A model generated the notes under the pieces. That model searched no databases and was not told where the DNA came from. It saw nothing but the letters and a program-made list of their open reading frames with translations. A stretch of 64,000 bases of DNA, taken from assembly GCA_026393675.1 (NCBI GenBank), contig JAPKZQ010000029.1:6108-70107 (forward strand), written 5' to 3'. The translations under genes and the position numbers were made by a program. Source of the DNA: Acidobacteriota bacterium. Lineage in GTDB: Bacteria; Acidobacteriota; Vicinamibacteria; Vicinamibacterales; JAKQTR01. Positions 8,800 to 16,808 of the stretch are shown here, one piece after another; the stretch's first letter is position 1, and each line of letters starts with the position of its first letter.

Positions 8800-9200
8800 T
8801 GGCGTCTCCCTTCACCTCGATGCTGACGATCTACCAAGGCGTCAGCACTTCCTTGTCGCTCTTCGGAATCGCGAACAAGCCCGGCGACACGGTTTCCTCC
8901 TGAATCGGGCCGCATTCTCCTTTGCCGCGACGTGGATGACAAGCGTATTCCTGGGACGAAGACGGGGCCTGCCACCGTCCCTTGCCACAGCGGACAGCCA
9001 CAGCAGCCACAGCGGCCTGCCTTGACGCCCGGGAGCGCGGGGCGTAGCATCCTGCCCGGTTCCCGATTCGTCGCGCCCGAACGCGAAGAACCGGCGACGG
9101 CGGCCCTGGCACGCCGAAGCCGAAGGCGCCTTCGCTGCCTACGGCAGCTTCGGTGTCCCGAGGGCGAAGGCGGCTGTCCGCGGATGGCGACAATTGAGGT

Positions 9201-12200
9201 GTGGACATGATGCGAAGAGTCACGATCCTCGGCGTGTTGGCCTGTTTCATTCTCGTAGGCGTGGCCGCGGCGGCGCCGGTCCGGTTGGCCCGCCATCCCG
9301 ACTACCACGCGGGCAAGATTGCGTTCAGTTACCTCGGCGACATCTGGGTCGCGGGCGAGGACGGCTCCAACGTCGTGCGCCTGACCGACAACACGGGGCG
9401 CGACGTGTATCCGCGATTCTCGCCGGACGGCAAGTGGATTGCCTTCTCGTCGAACCGCTACGGCAACTACGACGTGTTTGTCGTTTCGGTCACGGGCGGC
9501 GCGCCGAAGCGGCTGACCTATCACACGGGCAATGACGAGGTGGTGGGCTGGTCGCGCGATTCGCAGCGTGTCGTGTTCCGATCGGCCCGCGGCGACGGCG
9601 CGTTTCCGAGCGTGGCGACCCTCCACGAGGTGCCGGCTGTTGGCGGTCCCGAACGGGCGCTGCCGGTCGACTGGGGCTACTGGGGCGCTTACTCGCCAGA
9701 CGGGAAGCAGCTCGTCTTCAACCGCCATCCGAGCGTCTGGTCGCGCAAGCACTATCGCGGCAGTTACGCGGCCGACATCTGGATTGGTGACCTCGCGCAG
9801 AAGACCTACAAGAAACTGCCCGGTGACGAACGCTACAACCGCTACTGGCCGATGTGGGGACCGAAAGACGAAATTTACTACGTGGCCGATCCGTTGCCAA
9901 ACGACAAGGCGGTCAAGCCCGGCAGCCCGGACGTACGGAAGAGCGTGAACAACATCTACAAGATCGGCATCGCCGGCGGCGCGCCCGTCCAGGTGACCAA
10001 GCACACATCCGGAAGCCTGTTCTGGCCGTCCATGTCGAGTGACGGGAAGGTGATTGTCTACGAGGAGAACTTTGGCATCTGGAAGCTCGATGTCGCCTCG
10101 GGCCGCACGACCGAGATCAAGATCGACATTGTGGCCGACGAGAAAGAGAACCAGGTGGATGTCGAGACGGTCGAGAACGAACTGGACGGCTTCGATCTGT
10201 CGCCGTCGGGCCGGCGTGCCGTGATCTCGACGCGCGGCCAGATCCTCACGATCGCGACCGACCGGGGCGACATCACGCGCGTGGCGCCCGACGCGATGGC
10301 GTCGCGCAGCCAGTCGCCGAAGTGGTCATTCGACGGGAAGTACGTGGCGTTTATTTCCGACCGCTCGGGCCGCGACGAGATCTGGCTCTGCGATCCGGAA
10401 GGGAAGAACCTCAAGCAGATCACGACGCTCGACAACGAAAAGGGCGCGCTGGTGTGGACGCCCGATTCGAAACTGCTGCTCTACACCGCGGCCGACAAGA
10501 AGCTCTACAGCTATTCAGTGGCCGACGGCAAGACGGCGGTCATCACATCGAGCGATGTCGGCCGGATCGGGTCGGTGGCGATCTCGCCCGACAACAAGTG
10601 GGTGGCCATCTCGAAGCAGGATCGGACGATGAGGACGCACGTGTACATCGCGCCCATCGCGGGCGGCGAAGAGCGGCACGTGTCGGACGACACCCTGCTC
10701 TTCTCGGAGAACAACGCCGTCTGGACGGCCGACGGCAAGTACATCGTGTTTACCTCGTCGGCCGGCGTCAGCACCGGCGTCGCGTCCACGGGCGGGCGCT
10801 TTCCGAACACGATGCAGATGTGGGCGGTCTCGCTGCGCGACCAGGAGAAGAACCCGCTCAATCGCGACATCGACAACGAGGCGCAGGGCCTGGCGGCGGA
10901 AGCCGCGGCGAGACCGGCTGGCGGAGGGCGCGGAGCCGGTGCGGCGGCGCAGACGGCGCCGGTCGAGGTGAAGATCGACTGGGACGGCTTCGCGCGTCGC
11001 GCACGACGGCTCAACGCGACGGGTGACACGTTCGGGGGTCTGACGCCGACGCCTGATGGCCATTCAGTGGCCTTCACGTCATCGGCCGCGCCGGCGGCCG
11101 GTGCCGCGGGCGGCGGCGAAGGCGCATCAGGGCCCGCTATCTACATCCTCAACGTCGAATCGGATCAGGCGACGCGCGTGCCGCAGCCGGCGGCTGAGCC
11201 GACGACGGGCGGACGCGGAGGACGGGGCGGTGGCGGCGGCTTCGGCGGCGGTGGCGGCATCGCGTTCACGCGTGATGGCCGCACGATCTACTTCCGCTCC
11301 GGGCGCGGTCTCTATGCGGCGCCGGTTCCGGCCGGTGGTGGGGGAGGGGCGACGGCCCCGGCGGCAGCCGCGGCGGGTGGTGGCCGTGGAGGGCGCGGGG
11401 CGGCTGGCGCGACCGCGGAGCCGGCGGCAGGCGGCGGCGCCACGGCGCGCCGGGTGAGCTTCAGCGTCACCCTTGAGGTCGGTCACAAGGCGCTGCGCAC
11501 GCAGGTCTTCAACGAGGGCTGGCGCATCATGAAAAACCGCTTCTACGACGCCAAGATGCACGGCGCCGACTGGAACGCGGCCAAACTGATGTACGAGCCG
11601 CTGCTCGAGTACCTCGTCGACGAGGAGGAATTGCACGCGGTGATGATGATGATGATCGGCGAACTGAACGCGTCGCACACCGGCGTGAGCGGCGGCCCGG
11701 CCGCCGCGGAACGTTCGCCCGCGCAGACCCGGTATCCGGGGTTCGACCTTGTCGCGGACGCCTCGGGCTACTACCGCGTGGGCCACATCTACAAGACGGG
11801 TCCGGCCGATCACGACTACATGAAGGTCAAGAAGGGCGACTTCGTCATCATGGTCGACGACCACGAGCTGAAGACGTCCGAGAGCTACTGGAAGTACTTC
11901 ACGCTCTCGGTGGGGCGCAAGTTCCACTTCCTGCTCAACAGCAAGCCCGCAAAGGACGGTGCGTGGGAGTTGACAATCGATCCAATCAACAGCGGCGCGT
12001 TCGGCAATCTGCAATACGCGAAGTGGGTGGACGACCGCCGCGAGATGGTCAGCAAGCTCAGCAACGGCGAGATTGGGTACCTGCACATCCGGGCGATGGA
12101 TGCGCCGTCGCTCAGGCAGTTCGAACTCGATCTGGCGGCGAACCGCACCAAGAAGGCGCTGGTCATCGATCAGCGCTTCAACGGCGGCGGCGGCATCGAC

Positions 12201-12626
12201 CAGGAACTGCTCGGCATCCTGGCGGGCCGCAAGTACCAGTACGCCGTCGGCCGCGATTCGGACCTGCAGGTCTGGCGCCCGCAGAACTTTTACGGGCCGA
12301 TGGTCGTGATGGAGAACGAGCGCTCCGCCTCGGACGCCGAGATGTTCCCGCAGGGCTTCAAGGACCTGGGACTCGGCAAGGTCATCGGCGTGCCATCGAT
12401 GGGCGCGGTGATCGGGACCGGGTCGTACACACTGCTCGACGGATCGGTGATTCGGACACCTGGCAGCGGTGTGTGGACGGCGCGCGGTGAGAACATGGAG
12501 AACTTCGGCGTGCAGCCCGACGTGTACATCGACAACACGCCGACTGATTTTGCTGCCGGCCGCGACATGCAGATCGAAAAAGCCGTGGAGGTCTTGAAGG
12601 CGGAACTGGCGGCGGGGAAGAAGTAG
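9201..12626 (+). CDS. Tricorn protease homolog (N-terminal beta-propellers plus PDZ plus S41 C-terminal peptidase domain)
   Basis: Signal peptide and PD40-like propeller repeats (FSPDGKWIAFSSNR, YSPDGKQLVFNRH). C-terminal S41/tricorn catalytic region (GEIGYLHIRAM....ALVIDQRFNGGG...GPMVVMENERSASDAEMF....GVPSMGAVIGTGSYTLLDGSVIRTPG). Overall length about 1100 aa, as in tricorn. Confidence 0.8.
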   Translation: MDMMRRVTILGVLACFILVGVAAAAPVRLARHPDYHAGKIAFSYLGDIWVAGEDGSNVVRLTDNTGRDVYPRFSPDGKWIAFSSNRYGNYDVFVVSVTGGAPKRLTYHTGNDEVVGWSRDSQRVVFRSARGDGAFPSVATLHEVPAVGGPERALPVDWGYWGAYSPDGKQLVFNRHPSVWSRKHYRGSYAADIWIGDLAQKTYKKLPGDERYNRYWPMWGPKDEIYYVADPLPNDKAVKPGSPDVRKSVNNIYKIGIAGGAPVQVTKHTSGSLFWPSMSSDGKVIVYEENFGIWKLDVASGRTTEIKIDIVADEKENQVDVETVENELDGFDLSPSGRRAVISTRGQILTIATDRGDITRVAPDAMASRSQSPKWSFDGKYVAFISDRSGRDEIWLCDPEGKNLKQITTLDNEKGALVWTPDSKLLLYTAADKKLYSYSVADGKTAVITSSDVGRIGSVAISPDNKWVAISKQDRTMRTHVYIAPIAGGEERHVSDDTLLFSENNAVWTADGKYIVFTSSAGVSTGVASTGGRFPNTMQMWAVSLRDQEKNPLNRDIDNEAQGLAAEAAARPAGGGRGAGAAAQTAPVEVKIDWDGFARRARRLNATGDTFGGLTPTPDGHSVAFTSSAAPAAGAAGGGEGASGPAIYILNVESDQATRVPQPAAEPTTGGRGGRGGGGGFGGGGGIAFTRDGRTIYFRSGRGLYAAPVPAGGGGGATAPAAAAAGGGRGGRGAAGATAEPAAGGGATARRVSFSVTLEVGHKALRTQVFNEGWRIMKNRFYDAKMHGADWNAAKLMYEPLLEYLVDEEELHAVMMMMIGELNASHTGVSGGPAAAERSPAQTRYPGFDLVADASGYYRVGHIYKTGPADHDYMKVKKGDFVIMVDDHELKTSESYWKYFTLSVGRKFHFLLNSKPAKDGAWELTIDPINSGAFGNLQYAKWVDDRREMVSKLSNGEIGYLHIRAMDAPSLRQFELDLAANRTKKALVIDQRFNGGGGIDQELLGILAGRKYQYAVGRDSDLQVWRPQNFYGPMVVMENERSASDAEMFPQGFKDLGLGKVIGVPSMGAVIGTGSYTLLDGSVIRTPGSGVWTARGENMENFGVQPDVYIDNTPTDFAAGRDMQIEKAVEVLKAELAAGKK

Positions 12627-12775
12627 CCGCCAGTGTCGAGTCTCGTGCAGGGGAGGGGCGTCGAGAGTGGCGCTCCTCCCCGCGCCGTGTACGGCTACTT
12701 CGCCGGGCGGCGCTGTCTACGATGACGCGAATTCTGGGTCGGTTAGGCCTGTGGCGCGGGCGAATTCTGTGCCGC

Positions 12776-14605
12776 TCAAGGCTTGCTTGAGGGAGCCGCC
12801 GATGGCGCGGCCGGGATCAGGAACTCCACGGTCGTGCCCACGCCCAAGTCGCTGGTCACCGCCACGCTCCCGCCGTGCTGGTTGACGACGACGTACGCGG
12901 TCGCCAAACCGAGCCCACGGGCACGCGGCTGGGGTTTCGTGGTGAAGAACGGCTCGAACAGGTGGGCCAGCACGTCTCTTGGTATGCCCACGCCTGTGTC
13001 GCGAACCACCACCTTGCCGTAGCGCCCAGGCCGAACGGCCCGCGTAATGGCCTCCTGCGGGTCGAGATCGACCCACCCGGTTTCAATCGTCAGCCTGCCG
13101 CCGTGTTCCATCGCCTCGCTCGCGTTGGTCGCGAGCGGCACCAGCACTTCACGCAGGTAGTCGGCCGAGATGGCCACCAGCCCCGGGTCGCGGCCGAGCG
13201 TCGCGTCGAGCACCGCCGGAGGCTTGACAAGCGCCCGAATTTCCGGCATCAGGTCCTGCACCGTCTGGTTGAGGACAACCGCTGTCGGACGGAACGGCTG
13301 GCCCCGGCTCAGAATGAGCAGTCGTTTCGTGAAGCCGGTGGTGCGCCGCACCACGTCGTGTGCGCGCCGGAGGTTCTCGGCATGTACGTCATCGGTGCCG
13401 AGATCGTCGAGCGTGAGGTCGATGTAGCCGCCAATCGCGTTGAGGAGGTTGAGGAACTCGTGTGTCACCACGCTCGACAATCGGCCGAGGGCTTCCATCT
13501 TCTTGGCCTCGCGCAGACGTTGGTCGAGCGCCGCCCGTGCCCGGGCGGCCGCCACGCGCTGTGGTTCGAGGATCCGGTACGCGACGATACTCATCCCGCC
13601 GATCAGGGTCATTGCCGCCAGCGCGACCACGTTCTGGGCCGCCTCAACCGTTGGGGTCAGCATGTCCATCTCGTGCAAGGCGAAGTGCACGAGCGGGAAG
13701 CAGGCGCCGAACGCGATCAGCAGGAAGGCCACCTTTGTCGGCTCGCGATCGCGCGTGGATTCGCCTTGTGTGGCCGCGGGCTCGGCCGAACGCCATTCGA
13801 GATGTCGCAGCCGGAAGGCCACCAGCAGGCACAGGGGCGGCACGCCCCAGATCACGTCGGTTCCGGAGCCGCCCGGCAGGTGGATCACGCGCATCGCGAC
13901 GAGCGTGTCGAGCACGTTGGTCACCAGCACAGCGCCGATGGCCGTCGCGATCGACGCGTAGAGCAAGGTCCAGCGGCGCGATCGGCAGTCGACAGCCACG
14001 CTCACGAATCGGGCGATGATCAGGACGTCGAGCATGATGAACAGCGGACCAGTCGCCGGCAGCGCGCCAGACCACGTCGGATCGATCGCGATGGGCACCA
14101 CGACGAAGTACGCGAACCAGCAGAGGCTCACCAGCCCCAGGCCCGACCAGGTGAGCCAGCGAGCCGTCGACCCGTGGCCGGTGACTTGCGGCAGGTGCGG
14201 CGTGTACTCGGCGGCCAGCAGAAAGGGAACATAGAAGCACAGGTAGCCGGCAGCCACCATGGCGTCGCGGGCCGGGTTGCCGCCCGTGCGGGGGAACGCG
14301 GTGACCAGCATGATGGTCACCAGCCAGAACAGGCTCCCCACGCCGAGCGTCTGCCAGAACCGCCGCTCGTCGCGGTCGTCGATGCGATTGAGGTTGTAGA
14401 AGGCGGCGGCGACGGCGGCGGCCACAAACGGGATCTCAAAGCGGGAGACGCCGAAGGCGGTCAGCGCGGCGGGATCGAGCAGCGGCACCGCGTAGATGGC
14501 GGTCTCGATAGCGATCATCCACGCGGCCAGCTGCACCATGTGGTCGTGCAGCAGCACGTTCATCGCGGACGGACGGACAGAGGCCAGGGCCTGATCGGAT
14601 GACAT
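12776..14605 (-). CDS. Sensor histidine kinase with a polytopic N-terminal membrane domain (about 8 TM)
   Basis: Multiple hydrophobic helices; H-box SSVVTHEFLNLLNAIGGY; HATPase G-boxes VRDTGVGIP and GLGLATAY. ATG start at 14605 (MSSDQ); the ORF-track start is a TTG further upstream. Confidence 0.75.
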   Translation of the reverse strand: MSSDQALASVRPSAMNVLLHDHMVQLAAWMIAIETAIYAVPLLDPAALTAFGVSRFEIPFVAAAVAAAFYNLNRIDDRDERRFWQTLGVGSLFWLVTIMLVTAFPRTGGNPARDAMVAAGYLCFYVPFLLAAEYTPHLPQVTGHGSTARWLTWSGLGLVSLCWFAYFVVVPIAIDPTWSGALPATGPLFIMLDVLIIARFVSVAVDCRSRRWTLLYASIATAIGAVLVTNVLDTLVAMRVIHLPGGSGTDVIWGVPPLCLLVAFRLRHLEWRSAEPAATQGESTRDREPTKVAFLLIAFGACFPLVHFALHEMDMLTPTVEAAQNVVALAAMTLIGGMSIVAYRILEPQRVAAARARAALDQRLREAKKMEALGRLSSVVTHEFLNLLNAIGGYIDLTLDDLGTDDVHAENLRRAHDVVRRTTGFTKRLLILSRGQPFRPTAVVLNQTVQDLMPEIRALVKPPAVLDATLGRDPGLVAISADYLREVLVPLATNASEAMEHGGRLTIETGWVDLDPQEAITRAVRPGRYGKVVVRDTGVGIPRDVLAHLFEPFFTTKPQPRARGLGLATAYVVVNQHGGSVAVTSDLGVGTTVEFLIPAAPSAAPSSKP

Positions 14606-14708
14606 AGATCGGTCTAACGGTACATCGGCGCGAACCCCGTTCAACTTTCGGCTCCGGGAGAAAAACAGCGGCCTCCCGTCGCATGGCTAGCCGTGCAAGA
14701 ATACGGCG

Positions 14709-15683
14709 ATGGCGCGTTACCTCGCAAGGCGTCTTGTGTTCTCGCTGCTCCTGGTCCTCGTGGTGGCCTCCGCGGCGCTGGTCCTGACCAGGCTGGCTCC
14801 CGGCGATATCACGGCGGAACAGGTGGGCACCGGGGTCTCCGGCAGAACGCTGGCCGCCGACCGCTTGCGGCTTGGGCTCGACCGGCCGCTGGCCCAGCAG
14901 TACCTCGAATGGGTGGGCCGGGCCGTGCGGCTGGATTTCGGGACGTCGATCATGTACGGGCGCCCGGTGGCAGGGCTGGTGGCCGAGCGGGCCCGCAACA
15001 CGGCGCTGCTAGCGGTGGTCGCGCTGCTGGTCGCCACCCTGATCGGGCTGCCGCTCGGTGTCATCGCGGGCAGCCGGCGCGGTGTGGTGTCGACGCTGGT
15101 CAGATCGGGCTCGGTGCTGGCGCTCTCGCTGCCGTCGCTCGTGAGTTCGCTGCTGCTGGTCTTCGTGGCCGCACGCACGGGCTGGCTGCCAACCGGCGGC
15201 ATGACCGCGCTGGACCCCGGCGCGGGCGGATGGTTCGCAAGCGTCGTGGATCTGGCGCGCCACCTGGTGCTGCCCGCCGCGGCGCTGGCCCTGCCTCTTT
15301 CGGCGACGATCGAACGCCTGCAGGCCCGGGCCGTCGCCGACACGCTCCGGGAACCGTTCGTGGTGGCGGCGCTCGCTCGCGGCGTACCCGCGTCGCGCGT
15401 GCTGTGGCGCAGCGCCCTCAAGCCGGCCCTGCGTCCAGTGACGGCCATCTATGGTTTGATCTTCGGCAGCCTGCTCAGCGGATCGTTCGTGGTCGAAATT
15501 GTGACGTCGTGGCCGGGTCTGGGCCGCCTGATGTTCGATGCGCTTCGGTCGCGCGACTTGTACCTGGTGGCCGGATGCGCGGCGGCGGGCGGGGCGTTTC
15601 TCGCGGTGGGCGGCCTGCTGTCTGATCTCGCCCTGGCCATTGTCGACCCGCGTCTGCGTGGGTCTGCCGGGACCGACTCATGA
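14709..15683 (+). CDS. ABC transporter permease, OppB/DppB family
   Basis: N-terminal MARYLARRLVFSLLLVLVV and the EAA-like loop typical of binding-protein-dependent peptide permeases. ATGA overlap with the next gene. Confidence 0.85.
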   Translation: MARYLARRLVFSLLLVLVVASAALVLTRLAPGDITAEQVGTGVSGRTLAADRLRLGLDRPLAQQYLEWVGRAVRLDFGTSIMYGRPVAGLVAERARNTALLAVVALLVATLIGLPLGVIAGSRRGVVSTLVRSGSVLALSLPSLVSSLLLVFVAARTGWLPTGGMTALDPGAGGWFASVVDLARHLVLPAAALALPLSATIERLQARAVADTLREPFVVAALARGVPASRVLWRSALKPALRPVTAIYGLIFGSLLSGSFVVEIVTSWPGLGRLMFDALRSRDLYLVAGCAAAGGAFLAVGGLLSDLALAIVDPRLRGSAGTDS

Positions 15684-16699
15684 AGCGCGTCGGCTGGGTC
15701 GTGCTCATCGGCATGGCGCTGGTCGCGCTTATCGCGCCGCTCCTGACACCCCACACGCCTGGCGAGCGTTTCGCGGATCGCCTTTACGCGCCGCCGATGC
15801 GGCCGCACATCATCGATGCCGATGGGCGCTGGCGCGCGCCCTTCGTCTATCCCGTGCAACTGGTTGATCGGCTCGAGCGGCGCTACGAGGAAGACCGCGC
15901 GCATCCCATCCAGCTGCGATGGTTCTCCGGAGGCGTGATCGTGGGCGTCTCCACCGAAGACGGGGCGCCGTGGCTGCCGCTTGGTGGCGACGGATCCGGG
16001 CGCGATGTGTTCGCGCGCCTCGTTTACGGCGCGCGGTTGTCGCTCGGCGTCGCGCTCATCGCCACGCTCGGCGCCTTGCTCATCGGCACGCTGGTTGGCG
16101 GCGCGGCGGGAGTCGCGGGCGGACTGGTCGACGACGGGCTGATGCGGCTATCGGATTTTGTGCTGGTGCTGCCCGCGATGTATGTGGTGCTGGCGTTGCG
16201 GGCGGCGATGCCGCTGGTGCTGGCCACGCCGGCCGTCTTCGCACTCGTGGCCGGCATCATGGCGATTGTGGGTTGGCCGCTCGTCGCTCGCGGCGTTCGC
16301 GCCATTGTCGCCGTGGAGCGCGAACGCGACTACGCGCAGGCCGCGCGCTCACTGGGCATGGGACGATGGCGCCTGCTCGTCCGGCACCTGCTGCCCGCCG
16401 CGCGCGGATACCTCGCGACACAGGCCACATTGCTGCTGCCCGGCTTCATCCTCGCCGAAGCCACGCTCTCGTATATGGGTTTCGGGTTTCCGGATCCGGA
16501 GGCGAGCTGGGGATCGATGCTCCAAGAAGCAGCCACTGTCGCGGCCATTGCGGACGCGCCGTGGACGCTCGCCCCGGCGCTCGCGATCTTCGCCGTGGTG
16601 CTGGCCGTCAATCTCATCGTCCAGGCGCCGGAGTTCACCTCGGTGACCGGGCTGGGTGCCGGTACTGGATTCAATCGGCGCCACCGACCGATCGAGTAG
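15680..16699 (+). CDS. ABC transporter permease, OppC/DppC family
   Basis: MKRVGWVVLIGMALVALIAPLLTPH.. N-terminus typical of OppC; six TM segments; translationally coupled to the upstream permease. Confidence 0.85.
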   Translation: MKRVGWVVLIGMALVALIAPLLTPHTPGERFADRLYAPPMRPHIIDADGRWRAPFVYPVQLVDRLERRYEEDRAHPIQLRWFSGGVIVGVSTEDGAPWLPLGGDGSGRDVFARLVYGARLSLGVALIATLGALLIGTLVGGAAGVAGGLVDDGLMRLSDFVLVLPAMYVVLALRAAMPLVLATPAVFALVAGIMAIVGWPLVARGVRAIVAVERERDYAQAARSLGMGRWRLLVRHLLPAARGYLATQATLLLPGFILAEATLSYMGFGFPDPEASWGSMLQEAATVAAIADAPWTLAPALAIFAVVLAVNLIVQAPEFTSVTGLGAGTGFNRRHRPIE

Positions 16700-16808
16700 A
16701 ACCGCCGGGGCTCACAGATTCTCACGAATTCTCGCGTCTCGCGCCGGCATTCTATCCGATAATACGCGCTGATCACCCTACGCATTTCCCATCCACTCGG
16801 AGGCAAAA

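Noticed and set aside
8796-10004. 402-aa minus-strand ORF overlapping the FG-GAP/tricorn intergenic region and the tricorn 5' end
   Set aside because: It is antisense to the tricorn gene, with no motifs. The region 8800-9200 is better explained as a divergent promoter with operator-like repeats.
12875-14602. 575-aa plus-strand ORF
   Set aside because: It is antisense to the polytopic sensor kinase, which has clear H-box/HATPase motifs. Its Arg/His/Gly-rich composition is typical of a GC artefact.
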